IMG/VR virus record: IMGVR_UViG_3300033066_001102
Coordinates: 10,614-74,613 of that record
Origin: a virus
Lineage: Duplodnaviria > Caudoviricetes
Direction: 5' to 3' (one strand)
Length of the DNA: 64,000 bases
Below are positions 48,916 to 58,490 of the stretch, in pieces. Positions within the stretch are counted from its first letter, which is position 1. Every line of letters begins with the position of its first letter. The notes under the pieces are model-generated. The model made no database searches. It had not been told where the DNA came from and saw nothing but the letters and a program-made list of their open reading frames with translations. The position numbers and the translations under genes were made by a program.

Positions 48916-51123
48916 TCATGCTCCTTGCGGTTGCGCTGCAGGTTGACTGAATGCCGCCATTTCCTGCTTATCGGCCAGTTCCATTTCCTGTAAATGCTGA
49001 TTGTTTTGCAAAATACGATCTTCCACCGATTCATTCAACTTCGCTTCTTTATTGATAAGTGCAACATTTTCAGATCCCGCTTTTTGTGTCTTCGCTACTT
49101 CGAGCGGAACCGTTCTCTTAATGAACAACTCTTCCTCTTTTAGCCGGTTTGCATGTGCGGCAATCTGATTACCTTGCTCCATAACGGCAATTTTAGACTG
49201 CTCGATTTTATTCTGAGTCTGCCTGATAATATTAACCGCATGCTCTAATATCACTTCCGCTTCAGCACCACTTTCTGCATTATAAGTTTTCACCAGTTCA
49301 AGAATCATGGTTGCATCCGTAGCAAGGGTTTTCTCCATCCATCCCATAATGTACTCTTTTTCCTGGTTAACCTTGGTTGATGATTGCAGGTATATACCAG
49401 CTTCACAAAGTTCAAAATCATTAGATACCTGAAATACGTGAGGCATTCCATCACCACCGATATAACTCTTTGTATCACCCGGTGACCATAGATACCTAAT
49501 CAGATCAGCACAACGCTGTAATCCGGTTTCGGTAAAAGTGCTCATAACATCAAAAACCGGCTTTGTCATGTACGAGCTTTGAATTAGATTGCTTTGTACT
49601 GTACCTACCGGTGAGGTTGAGGCCGCCTGGCCACTTCGTGCGGAAGGAACACCTGTCATGCGTTCCGCTGTCTGCGTAAGCATAGTTGATAATGCAATAA
49701 TGTATTGAATAGAAGCACTTGGTCCATAATCTACTTCACCGCCAGATACTGATCTGCCTGGTATGTCACCGGCGCGGATCTGCTCAACAACAAAACCTAA
49801 AACCTTTGCTGAATAAGCAACATCCTCCAATTCCATGTTATCCGGTTTTCTTTCAGATGCATATCTTGTTGCCTTTCCACCTGATTGCGCAAGTAAAAAA
49901 TCAAGTGTCATCATGCAGTTGCTATACAACTTCTGAACAGGATAAGCACGATTATAAAATGAATGTCGGCTTAACATGCCAAAATAAGAATATTGCAAAT
50001 CCATATGATTACCCTGCATGGGAATCTGATTGCGACGGCGTAATGGCTTTAATACAATATCCTTAGAAATCTTTACCAATTCCCAAATCTCATCAATCGT
50101 CTTATTGTTGTACACTTTATCATTATCTGGCTCATATGGCATAGCAAGAAATTGCTTCTCACTATGTGCCTTAACCTCAATGTCAATAACACGATAGAAT
50201 AATGTTCCATTAATATTTGTAACGCAATCTCCATATTTGCCATTCCAATCCTGGATAGTTTGCGTTCCATCTGCAAGAGAACGCTGATCATCCAGTAGTT
50301 GTTTCCTTTGCTTGGTATTAAGACGATAGCCATACCTGTGCAATATTTCACTTAACGGCATCAACACATCTTTTCCCATAAATGGTGATCTGCGATGAAT
50401 AGTATCAAATATATAACTGCCTTCGCCACGTTGAAAAATGCAATTCTGTATAGGAATATGGCTGATAATCGGATCATCGTTGATGATATCAACCTTTCCC
50501 ATTACATCGCCATTAATAAGAATATCATATAGGCATTTTGCTAACTCATCTTGAAATCCATACCGATAATACAGATAGTTCAATCCATACTTAAGATTAA
50601 TTTCCAGATAATCCCGGATACTTTTGTTCGGCATGGATTTAAACTGCTCAGGAATAACGTCCATCTTTTTATCAATCGGAAGTTTCATCCCAATAATTGA
50701 TTCCGCTTCGGCCCATATTGGCTCCAATACCTTTTCGGCAGCAATCCTTCCCATCAGATTCATCTTGCTCGAATAAGCATTTTTATTCACTCGAAGTACG
50801 CTGAATGGGACAGGTCTTGATGTATGTTCACCTACTAACCTTTGTATCAGCGGCTCAAGCAATGGATAACTGGCTGCCGTAAATGGCTTTGGCTTATCAT
50901 CCCCATATGTATGTGTCAAATACTTCAGTTCACTAAGGTCAACATTGCCGAGAAAACGATCAAAGTTCTTTTGGTAGTTAAACCTTGTATCATTCCATCC
51001 TTTTGATGATGAATACTTGCTTACTGTATTAGTAATATCAACTGCCCATTTCTGGCGCTCTTCATCTGTTGTTGGTACTGTAAGATCTGCGATCATGACG
51101 CTTTGTTTTGAGTATTCATCCAT
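48916..51123 (-). CDS. Portal protein
   Basis: About 730 aa, immediately downstream of terminase; AERMTGVPSARSG clip/crown pattern and C-terminal coiled coil. Confidence 0.85.
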   Translation of the reverse strand: MDEYSKQSVMIADLTVPTTDEERQKWAVDITNTVSKYSSSKGWNDTRFNYQKNFDRFLGNVDLSELKYLTHTYGDDKPKPFTAASYPLLEPLIQRLVGEHTSRPVPFSVLRVNKNAYSSKMNLMGRIAAEKVLEPIWAEAESIIGMKLPIDKKMDVIPEQFKSMPNKSIRDYLEINLKYGLNYLYYRYGFQDELAKCLYDILINGDVMGKVDIINDDPIISHIPIQNCIFQRGEGSYIFDTIHRRSPFMGKDVLMPLSEILHRYGYRLNTKQRKQLLDDQRSLADGTQTIQDWNGKYGDCVTNINGTLFYRVIDIEVKAHSEKQFLAMPYEPDNDKVYNNKTIDEIWELVKISKDIVLKPLRRRNQIPMQGNHMDLQYSYFGMLSRHSFYNRAYPVQKLYSNCMMTLDFLLAQSGGKATRYASERKPDNMELEDVAYSAKVLGFVVEQIRAGDIPGRSVSGGEVDYGPSASIQYIIALSTMLTQTAERMTGVPSARSGQAASTSPVGTVQSNLIQSSYMTKPVFDVMSTFTETGLQRCADLIRYLWSPGDTKSYIGGDGMPHVFQVSNDFELCEAGIYLQSSTKVNQEKEYIMGWMEKTLATDATMILELVKTYNAESGAEAEVILEHAVNIIRQTQNKIEQSKIAVMEQGNQIAAHANRLKEEELFIKRTVPLEVAKTQKAGSENVALINKEAKLNESVEDRILQNNQHLQEMELADKQEMAAFSQPAAQPQGA

Positions 51124-53036
51124 GACATCTTCCGAAACAGCTTCCGTTCGCCTTGCGACCTGGTAGAGACTTGCATCGGTATTCCCATATCATTAAAACT
51201 GTAATGAACTCCAAGAATAGACTCTTTTTTATCTTCTTCATCCCCTTCTTTTTTGATTGGTACGCCAGACATATCTTCTTCATAACACAATGCAACACCT
51301 GCGGCGCTCCCCAGATCACTATTGGCTTTGCCAAACAAAGCTATGTTTTTTAAGAAACGTATGTCAAAACAATTTTCAATATGCGGAGATTGTGTCCATA
51401 ACTTCAACCGTTCTGCAATAAGCTCTTTCTGGTCCTTGATGTTATAACCGTATGCATCTGCTTCTGATACAACCTTACCGTTTACTCTGGGGAAGATCTT
51501 AAGGTAATCACGTCCATTCACCTTCTTTGATTTCAAAAAATACTCTTTGAGCATTTTGTTATGAAACTCTACTGCAGCTCGAGATTGCGTGTAAACTGCA
51601 GCCTTCAATGCTTCATCATGAAAATCATCAAGTTTTGGCGGCCTTCCAAGGTAAGTAAGTATCGGAATACGACCTATCTCATTGTTGTTAATAAACCGGC
51701 GCCATACAACGATTCCACCTTCAGAGTCCGACTCAGGCGCCTCATCCTTAAAATAATCATCAACAGCTGTTATGTCCGCATCCGGATAAAGATGATTGAT
51801 AGGATCATATGTCTTTACCCACAAACCACCTGGTTGTTCTATAAAAAAAACACGGCCGGTAAACCGGTACTCCCTTCCTATTGATTCTCGTTCCCATGTC
51901 AATGAACCGGTTTTCGCTATTGCCTTCAACTGCGGATTTATAGCAATTCGCTCAATCTGATCATTAATCGCCTTAACATCCACCTTTGAATTCATCGTAA
52001 GCAGGAACAACTCGCCTTTATTGGTTGGATTATTCTGAACTTCTTTATAGTAAGAAGTCTTGTCGTCCATTTCCATCAACGGAGCACGGACGGCCATTAT
52101 CTTTTTTAATGCTCCTTCCTGATCGCTTATACCTGTTTCAATATCCCAATAGTCACCATACTGCATCTGTGCAGGTATCAATATCTGTTCAAAATTGAAC
52201 GCTTCCGCAAAAGACCAGTAGTTTTCAAGATCCGTGTTTTTCGAATAGCTGATCTGGTCCACCGTACCAAGAAAAATGTGAAACCCAATTATCACATCAC
52301 CTTCCACAAAACAATCCTTTGTGTCACCCCAATAGGCTGACATGGTAACCTTCTTTCCAAATGTCCCGATTTCATCCGTTACCCCAAGACTGAAAGCGCC
52401 TCCTTTCCATATTGAAGGCTTCGGTATCTGAGAAGTGTAAAGAATAGACTCAGATCCAAGTGTGCGCTTGCCCCACGGTGAATCTACTTCCATCCCCAAT
52501 TTTCGGGCATCTACATTTTCAACGGTAAATGGTTGTGTCATTTGTGGATTGACAGTGCTCAATGCCGTGGCAAACTTCTCTTTGATTTTTGAAAGGGCCT
52601 CCAAATCAGGAGTGGCATAAAAACATTCGGCCTCTGTATTGAACAATAACTCGTGCTCAACAATAGACGTGATATCATCCGATGCACCCTTGCGACGACC
52701 TTTTAATAGTATTGCGCCAATACGTTTGCTTTCTTTTCGAAGCTCATATATCTTTTGGTGCAATTCATGATCAAGATCTCGGTACAACGCATAACTGATA
52801 ATTTTCTTTTTTGAATATGGACCAGGATCGAATTCTTTATACCGCCGCCTTTTAATAGGCCTGTGATTCAAATGCCGGTAATAGCTTCCAGGGATCCATA
52901 CGCCGTCAGGTGGCTTGTACCCTTCCTGGCATCGCCTGATTTCCTCTCTCCAATAGCTTTGATATTCCTTACTGTCCTCTCGCATCGGCGGCGGCGGATC
53001 AGCTATGACAGGGCTATATTTTAAGCATGGTTTCAT
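51093..53036 (-). CDS. terL: Terminase large subunit
   Basis: Walker A-like LLKGRRKGAS, Walker B GVTDEIG, RNase H-like AVDDY...DSEG...VEF. Confidence 0.9.
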   Translation of the reverse strand: MKPCLKYSPVIADPPPPMREDSKEYQSYWREEIRRCQEGYKPPDGVWIPGSYYRHLNHRPIKRRRYKEFDPGPYSKKKIISYALYRDLDHELHQKIYELRKESKRIGAILLKGRRKGASDDITSIVEHELLFNTEAECFYATPDLEALSKIKEKFATALSTVNPQMTQPFTVENVDARKLGMEVDSPWGKRTLGSESILYTSQIPKPSIWKGGAFSLGVTDEIGTFGKKVTMSAYWGDTKDCFVEGDVIIGFHIFLGTVDQISYSKNTDLENYWSFAEAFNFEQILIPAQMQYGDYWDIETGISDQEGALKKIMAVRAPLMEMDDKTSYYKEVQNNPTNKGELFLLTMNSKVDVKAINDQIERIAINPQLKAIAKTGSLTWERESIGREYRFTGRVFFIEQPGGLWVKTYDPINHLYPDADITAVDDYFKDEAPESDSEGGIVVWRRFINNNEIGRIPILTYLGRPPKLDDFHDEALKAAVYTQSRAAVEFHNKMLKEYFLKSKKVNGRDYLKIFPRVNGKVVSEADAYGYNIKDQKELIAERLKLWTQSPHIENCFDIRFLKNIALFGKANSDLGSAAGVALCYEEDMSGVPIKKEGDEEDKKESILGVHYSFNDMGIPMQVSTRSQGERKLFRKMSWMNTQNKAS

Positions 53037-53599
53037 TCTGCCGCTGGTGCCGCGTTACGTTCTGCTACCTTTTGCTCTTCCATAACAACCGTCAACATAC
53101 TCGGTTTTCGGTTCTTTTTATACACGATATTATCAAAAACTCCATCCGATATACTCTGTTTCAGATTTTCAAGAGCCTCTCTACGAAGCTCATTCAGCGC
53201 TTTTAGCGATTTGCCAATGTCAGTTATGGTTTCAACGTCCTTACTTTCCTTCATCCTAATTGTTTGCAGATAAATCTGTTCGTCATAAACCTGCACCTGT
53301 ATAAAATCAGAATCATAAAAGTGATCCCTTAATTTTTCAATGGCATCAAGTATCACCGGATCCTTTTCCCATGCAATATGCTTCTTCCGGAACTTGTCCA
53401 TGTTGACGGCCTCTATACGGTCCCGTTCATTATGATATTTTGACTGATATGGGCTTCGAACATCATAAATGGCAAGCATCCATTTCATTGCTTCTTCTCC
53501 ATACGCCTTATTCTTCATTATCCGCTCAAATGCCGGAACAAGCGATATGGCATCTTTGAATAGCGAAAATCCAAGCGTCTGATTGAATTGATAAAACAT
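53033..53599 (-). CDS. Possible terminase small subunit
   Basis: Directly upstream of and overlapping terL; helical/coiled-coil C-terminus. Confidence 0.45.
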   Translation of the reverse strand: MFYQFNQTLGFSLFKDAISLVPAFERIMKNKAYGEEAMKWMLAIYDVRSPYQSKYHNERDRIEAVNMDKFRKKHIAWEKDPVILDAIEKLRDHFYDSDFIQVQVYDEQIYLQTIRMKESKDVETITDIGKSLKALNELRREALENLKQSISDGVFDNIVYKKNRKPSMLTVVMEEQKVAERNAAPAAE

Positions 53600-53811
53600 A
53601 CAGATCAGTTTAGGCTTATTTCAAAATAGATGACCTTTCGCTTCTCAGTTATCATTAAAAACCGCTGCCAGGGTATTCCACCCATGAACATACGGAGATT
53701 GTTCTGAATCTCTAACTGATACTTCAGCATTTCAAGCAGCGGATCCTGATACATCAATACATTGCTTTTTTCTTCTTCTTTTTCTTCTTTGCCATACTAC
53801 GAAAGTAATAA

Positions 53812-54036
53812 TTAACGATGACGATCAAACTTTTGCAAGACATGGCCAGTTTTACGCACCCATTGCTGCTTAATATCCTCATGTGATACTGCAATCGCAA
53901 TTCCACCTTTCATTCCGGATCGACGTGCTTTAATTTCTCTCATTGAAACAAGTTCGCCAGTAGGCACTATTTCAGACGGCTTTCGGCTAATCCGGTTTGA
54001 AATTTGTTTCCCGTGAAACGTATTTGACTTTGCCAT
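53812..54036 (-). CDS. Small basic hypothetical protein
   Basis: ORF with an A/T-rich upstream region. Confidence 0.5.
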   Translation of the reverse strand: MAKSNTFHGKQISNRISRKPSEIVPTGELVSMREIKARRSGMKGGIAIAVSHEDIKQQWVRKTGHVLQKFDRHR

Positions 54037-54040
54037 GGAA

Positions 54041-54331
54041 TTACTTTTTCTTCGTTCCAGGTGCCGGCACCCAATATATATTCAATTCATTGCCGCTCAT
54101 GAAAGTGAATACCCCCGCAATTTCACCGGTCATGTTCCGCTTGAACACAACATCGTCACCGCCTACCCGGTAGATTGAGATTACGTTTTTTACTACCCCC
54201 GCAATCCGGCTCCACCCCTGCGGATTACCCATAATATTCTCTCCATTGCGCCCAATCAGGCGATATCCGTACTTCTTACTCTTGTTCTTCCATATCTCCA
54301 ACCTGGGAGATTCCATTTTTTGCTTTGCCAT
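54041..54331 (-). CDS. DUF1508/YegP-like small protein
   Basis: YGYRLIGRNGENIMG..QGW resembles the WRWRL.A.NGEII...EGY pattern. Confidence 0.55.
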   Translation of the reverse strand: MAKQKMESPRLEIWKNKSKKYGYRLIGRNGENIMGNPQGWSRIAGVVKNVISIYRVGGDDVVFKRNMTGEIAGVFTFMSGNELNIYWVPAPGTKKK

Positions 54332-54453
54332 AAAATTTGTTTTAGTAATCGGTTAAAAAAATCGAAGTTCAAAACATGGCCTGCAGCGCAACTTACTCCA
54401 CCAACATAGATGAATCTTGCCACACTGCAAACCCCAATACATTAAGCGAACAT

Positions 54454-54858
54454 TCACGCCGGATTCCTTTCCCATACTGATAGCTTTATCGCAAAATCCT
54501 TATCATCAACCCCGTAAACACCTTGTCCTAACTTGATGATAACATCACCCTTAACCAACTTCCGTATTGACCCCTGGATTGACCGATAATGCATCCCTAA
54601 TCCACTCTCCCATTCAACCCGATCTGCCTTATGTATCGTAAAGATACCATCCTTATCGCAACGATTCATCAACACATACAGCAATACCCGCAACGATACC
54701 AGTGAACATTTGCTCAGACGATCCCACAAATCAACATATCGGTACAACTCAACCTTCCGGTTCACCCGGTCTATCGACACCCGACGACGTATTACCCTGA
54801 TCCGCCTGCCATTCACGTTTGCGCTCTGTAACCTCGATCCACTTTGTCGCTTTACCAT
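54454..54858 (-). CDS. Winged-HTH DNA-binding protein (RepL-like), copy 2
   Basis: SLRVLLYVL...IQGSIRKLVKGDVIIK..QGVYGV. Confidence 0.55.
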   Translation of the reverse strand: MVKRQSGSRLQSANVNGRRIRVIRRRVSIDRVNRKVELYRYVDLWDRLSKCSLVSLRVLLYVLMNRCDKDGIFTIHKADRVEWESGLGMHYRSIQGSIRKLVKGDVIIKLGQGVYGVDDKDFAIKLSVWERNPA

Positions 54859-55246
54859 AATGAAAAAATATTTGTGATACCCTGTACGTACTACTATTTA
54901 CCTTCACCAACACCCCACCACTTACCAATTCACGCATTCTGGACCACAACGACCGATCATCCATCATCAGCCCATTCTCCCGAACCTTATCCCTTTGCCA
55001 CTTCGTAAAGTTTATTATCCCGGTCGAAAATTCTACAAAACCACGCGATATCAAAAAAATTAGTACATACATGCTCTTCGGCCCAACTTTATTAAATACT
55101 TTCATCCATTCAACATTGTGAGTCTTCATCATTATGAACCGCTCCTCCCTTACCTGCTCTACCGTCTTTATGCTCTGGCTTAGTACCTCGCCAGTACCTA
55201 AATCCATCGTCGTATGCGTGAATATCTTACGCTTCTTTCCTCCCAT
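54749..55246 (-). CDS. Winged-HTH DNA-binding protein (RepL-like), copy 1; first late-strand gene
   Basis: DLGTGEV N-terminal motif; MYVLIFL...RMRELVSGGVLVK..STYRVS..FFHYG. Confidence 0.65.
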   Translation of the reverse strand: MGGKKRKIFTHTTMDLGTGEVLSQSIKTVEQVREERFIMMKTHNVEWMKVFNKVGPKSMYVLIFLISRGFVEFSTGIINFTKWQRDKVRENGLMMDDRSLWSRMRELVSGGVLVKVNSSTYRVSQIFFHYGKATKWIEVTERKREWQADQGNTSSGVDRPGEPEG

Positions 55247-55302
55247 TTGGCGATTTTGTCAGCACAATTATACTCCTTTTTTATTAGCAGTACATAAAAA
55301 AG

Positions 55303-55344
55303 GTATCGCATAGTACATTTTATTTGTACCGCATAGTACGTTTT
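55303..55344. repeat. Two 19-bp direct repeats, 23-bp period (gta[t/c]cgcatagtac[a/g]tttt)
   Basis: gtatcgcatagtacatttt at 55303 and gtaccgcatagtacgtttt at 55326. Confidence 0.85.
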
Positions 55345-55510
55345 TTATATCACACTTTCCCCTGCAATACCACGCCAGTAAGCCTCGTAGCACTCTGTTG
55401 ATTAATCAATAATAGAACTATTTTCCTGCCATACTGTCACTTTTAACAACCCAAACAATCAAACCATACCCCCGCCTAAAATTTTTACAAAATTGAAAGA
55501 CACGGCGCAG

Positions 55511-55569
55511 AGAGGGTAACCCCCCCCGGCGGCGCGGCGACCAGGGGCGCGGACGGCTCCCCCCCCTCT
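55511..55569. other. GC-rich island with two C8 runs closed by agaggg/ccctct; candidate packaging/terminus signal
   Basis: Sequence is directly visible; the function is inferred from its position upstream of the terminase operon at the strand switch. Confidence 0.4.
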
Positions 55570-55730
55570 TTGCTGCGAACTTTTGCAGCCAATAGCGCTA
55601 AACACACAGGCCAACACGACCGACACGAAAACGTACAGGCGGAACCGACCAGTCAACGACTGGAACTACCGAGCGGCCTGATCCTTTGCCTTGATGCAAT
55701 CCGAAGCGACCAATCCAATGGGCAGAGCTG

Positions 55731-55759
55731 ATGACTTTCGTCATGTGACTTTCGTCATG
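55731..55759. repeat. Tandem duplicated palindrome (TGAC-TTTC-GTCA) x2
   Basis: atgactttcgtcatg followed by tgactttcgtcatg. Confidence 0.8.
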
Positions 55760-56224
55760 TGCTGCTCACCGATCCTGCACATTCCGACCTTCAGACATGA
55801 TAACACCCTCCAAAACGTGACCATAGACGAACGATCTGCCAACGACCTGATAGATAGCACGACCTAATTACTGATGATGCAACCACGCAAGCAGGACACG
55901 CCAACACGATAGCAATTCGACACGACCAACAACGGCCAGATGGACACGGCAACAGTTCACACATGACCAATCCGATTGCGTTAACCTGCTCATGTTCAGT
56001 CCTGCCATCAGATTTTCAGCCAGTCCAGAAAATCCGAGTAAAAGACTTGCTATTCTTTCTCCAACAGGAGATTGCTCAATCCAATCCTTTGCGCAGTTTT
56101 GCCAAAACCTTATCAGCAATTTTAACAAACGTGATAGTATAATTCAATTTTCTTAATAAAATTATTCTACTGATAATCAGTAAGTTGTGCAGGTATTGCA
56201 AATAAAATTGAGATAGCGGGAACA

Positions 56225-56252
56225 ATGTTGAAAAGTTGGTTGTATATTGCAT
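56225..56252 (+). promoter_or_regulatory. Possible Bacteroidota-type early promoter
   Basis: TATATTG at 56243 approximates the TAnnTTTG -7 box with an upstream TTG; imperfect match. Confidence 0.3.
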
Positions 56253-56282
56253 GAAATCGGGAGCAAAAACCGACAAAAAACT

Positions 56283-56546
56283 ATGAACTTAGAAGCAATT
56301 AAACAAGCAGTTCTTGCACACAAAACAGTGCATTGGAAACAGGGTAATTATGTAGTTTCCCACGACAGCCGGTTAGATGACTGGTACATTGAATGCTTAA
56401 CCAACGGACATTTAATTGGGCTGACATGGAGTGATGGAAAAACTATGAACGGTCACCCTGATGACTTTTACATAGGTGACGGTTATGGCAACAGGCTGGA
56501 GTATTTTGATGAGCAGTTAGGGAAGGACGTGATAGAAGCAATTTAA
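56283..56546 (+). CDS. First early-region hypothetical protein (likely start 56283)
   Basis: aaaaaactATG context; VHWKQGNYVV...IGLTW pattern. Confidence 0.65.
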   Translation: MNLEAIKQAVLAHKTVHWKQGNYVVSHDSRLDDWYIECLTNGHLIGLTWSDGKTMNGHPDDFYIGDGYGNRLEYFDEQLGKDVIEAI

Positions 56547-56587
56547 CGATTAATAACTAACCAATTTTTTAAAAACCACAAACCACT

Positions 56588-57340
56588 ATGAACGACAACA
56601 CGAATTCCTTACATACCGAAATCCAAGATTTAGGTACACCTGTAACACAACCTGCCAAAGTGCGCAATAAATGCACATGGGCAGAAGAAGATCTGCCACA
56701 TTATAAGTTGCAGGCGAAGGGCAAACACTCGCTAACAGATCGGGAGCTATTGAGTATGATAATCGGGGACAATCCGCAAATAGCGGCACAATTGACTACG
56801 GCATTACTCGAGCATTTTAACAATAACCTTAACGCATTGTTTAAGAGTACAGCGCAAGACATTATGGGATTGGGAGTAAAGGGGATAACGCCGAGAATGG
56901 CGAGATTAATAGTAGCAGTTGGAGAGCTCGGAAGGCGCAGGACATTGGCACCAGTTAAGGAATTGCCGAAGATAACAAGCAGTAGGGAAGCATACGACAT
57001 TCTTTATCCGCACATGGTAGATATGCAAGTAGAGCAGTTTATGATATTGACATTGAACAGGGCAAACAAGGTAATCAATACTCACGTCATATCGTTGGGA
57101 GGATTAACAGGAACCGTAGCCGATCCGCGAGTAATACTACGGCATTGCTTACAGGATCAATCAACAGGGTTAATACTTGCGCACAACCACCCGAGCGGAA
57201 ATCTGAAGCCCTCAACACCGGATTTGGAATTAACGAAGAAGGTGAAATCTGGTGCCGTTTTCATGGACATATCCGTACATGACCACTTGATAATTGGAGA
57301 TGCAAATTATTTCAGCTTTGCGGATGAAGGATTGATGTAA
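56588..57340 (+). CDS. radC: RadC/JAB-domain protein
   Basis: W.EEDLP..KL..KG..SLTD.ELL, EQF.IL.LNRAN.VI, GGLTGTVADPR, ILAHNHPSG.L.PS..D..LT, VHDHLII. Confidence 0.95.
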   Translation: MNDNTNSLHTEIQDLGTPVTQPAKVRNKCTWAEEDLPHYKLQAKGKHSLTDRELLSMIIGDNPQIAAQLTTALLEHFNNNLNALFKSTAQDIMGLGVKGITPRMARLIVAVGELGRRRTLAPVKELPKITSSREAYDILYPHMVDMQVEQFMILTLNRANKVINTHVISLGGLTGTVADPRVILRHCLQDQSTGLILAHNHPSGNLKPSTPDLELTKKVKSGAVFMDISVHDHLIIGDANYFSFADEGLM

Positions 57341-57421
57341 AGAGTACCGGTGCGGGAGAGAGGATCGAATGTGTTCGTTACACACCCGCACCACACCTGA
57401 TAAAACCACAGGGATCAACAC

Positions 57422-57911
57422 TATGAAAACCACAAACAAGTTACTGCAATTCAAAGAGCAGAAGAAAAGCGATTGCTTCATTGTTACTGCAATGAGTAAT
57501 GATGATTATTGGAATGAATGCCCACTCATTTACTTCCGTAAGACAGAAGAACTCATGGAGCAGGTGAAAGCAGCCCACGATTTGCTAAAACAGGGAAAGG
57601 AGGGTAATCTTTCACGGGTTTACAGTATCAATATCTGGAATCAGGATGCGTACTACCTTCATGACAGCGAAATACAGGAAGACGATTTTACGGAAGGATG
57701 TGTGGACATCAACACCGTAAATCCGTATAATGGCAATAGCGGAAGGATCGAAGTAGAACCATTGACGGATGATGAACTTGAGCATATCGGCAATGAAATG
57801 AATACAGAAGCGGAATATATACAGGTTACGGAAAGGGGAATCTTTCGTTTTGTTGCTTACGTGAAGAACACCAACATTAAAATAAGTAGCGAGGACATTG
57901 AAATAGGTTAG
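57422..57911 (+). CDS. Acidic hypothetical early protein (likely start 57422)
   Basis: caacactATG leader; its stop codon lies inside hammerhead stem I. Confidence 0.7.
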
Positions 57912-57970
57912 CTGATGATGGATTGATTATCCGAAAGCAGGGAGTGATTGTATGCTTCCTGCTCCTAACC
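57906..57970 (+). ncRNA. Type I hammerhead ribozyme 1; predicted cleavage after C57964 (CUC)
   Basis: GGUUAG / CUGAUGA / extra U / GGAU-ugauu-AUCC / GAAA / GCAGGGAG-loop-CUUCCUGC / UC / CUAACC: full core and three paired stems. Confidence 0.92.
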
Positions 57971-57983
57971 AAAAATAACCACT

Positions 57984-58490
57984 ATGAAAACAATGGATTT
58001 TTTTTCAGCGACAAGACAATGCGGATCACGCAGGAATTATTTGAACCTCGCAGCAGCACCGAATGACGAGGAAACGATACGAGCCGGAGGAGATAAGGCG
58101 CTGGCTACTTTGGAATGTCAGGCGCTTATGGAGCAGCTGATCCGAGAACATGGCGCACCGCCCGATGGAGCCGAGTTCTTTATCATGGAGAACGCCCACG
58201 AATTTGGGACATATTACGAGCTGAACATTTTTTATGTTGAACCAGACGATGATGAAGAAGAAACCACGCCGAGCTTCGAATATGCGCTTCAATGTGAGAG
58301 CATACCGGCTAAATGGGACGAGCAATCAATCCAGGCATTGCGTAAAGCGGGGCACCCCGTTTATGCAGAAGCAAAGGAAGAAACGCCTAAATCCAATGGA
58401 ATGAGTATCAACGCAAGTTGGAGGGCAGATTTTGCAAGGGAAACAGCCAATCAAAAGCTGGGACGCGAAAATTACGCATGGGGCGATTAA
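57984..58490 (+). CDS. Uncharacterised acidic phage protein bracketed by two hammerheads
   Basis: ECQAL..QL.R, HEFGTYYE, P.KWD pattern; taaccactATG leader. Confidence 0.8.
   Translation: MKTMDFFSATRQCGSRRNYLNLAAAPNDEETIRAGGDKALATLECQALMEQLIREHGAPPDGAEFFIMENAHEFGTYYELNIFYVEPDDDEEETTPSFEYALQCESIPAKWDEQSIQALRKAGHPVYAEAKEETPKSNGMSINASWRADFARETANQKLGRENYAWGD

Noticed and set aside
55728-55770. CTGATGA followed by hairpins
   Set aside because: No GAAA or NUH geometry; explained by the tandem palindrome
55871-55991. CTGATGAT...GCAGG...CCTGCTC resembling a third hammerhead
   Set aside because: No GAAA core (reads GCAA) and no stem I complementarity
57336-57392. Twister or HDV-like ribozyme assignment for the post-radC structure
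   Set aside because: Strand order and conserved junction nucleotides do not fit; kept only as an unassigned structure
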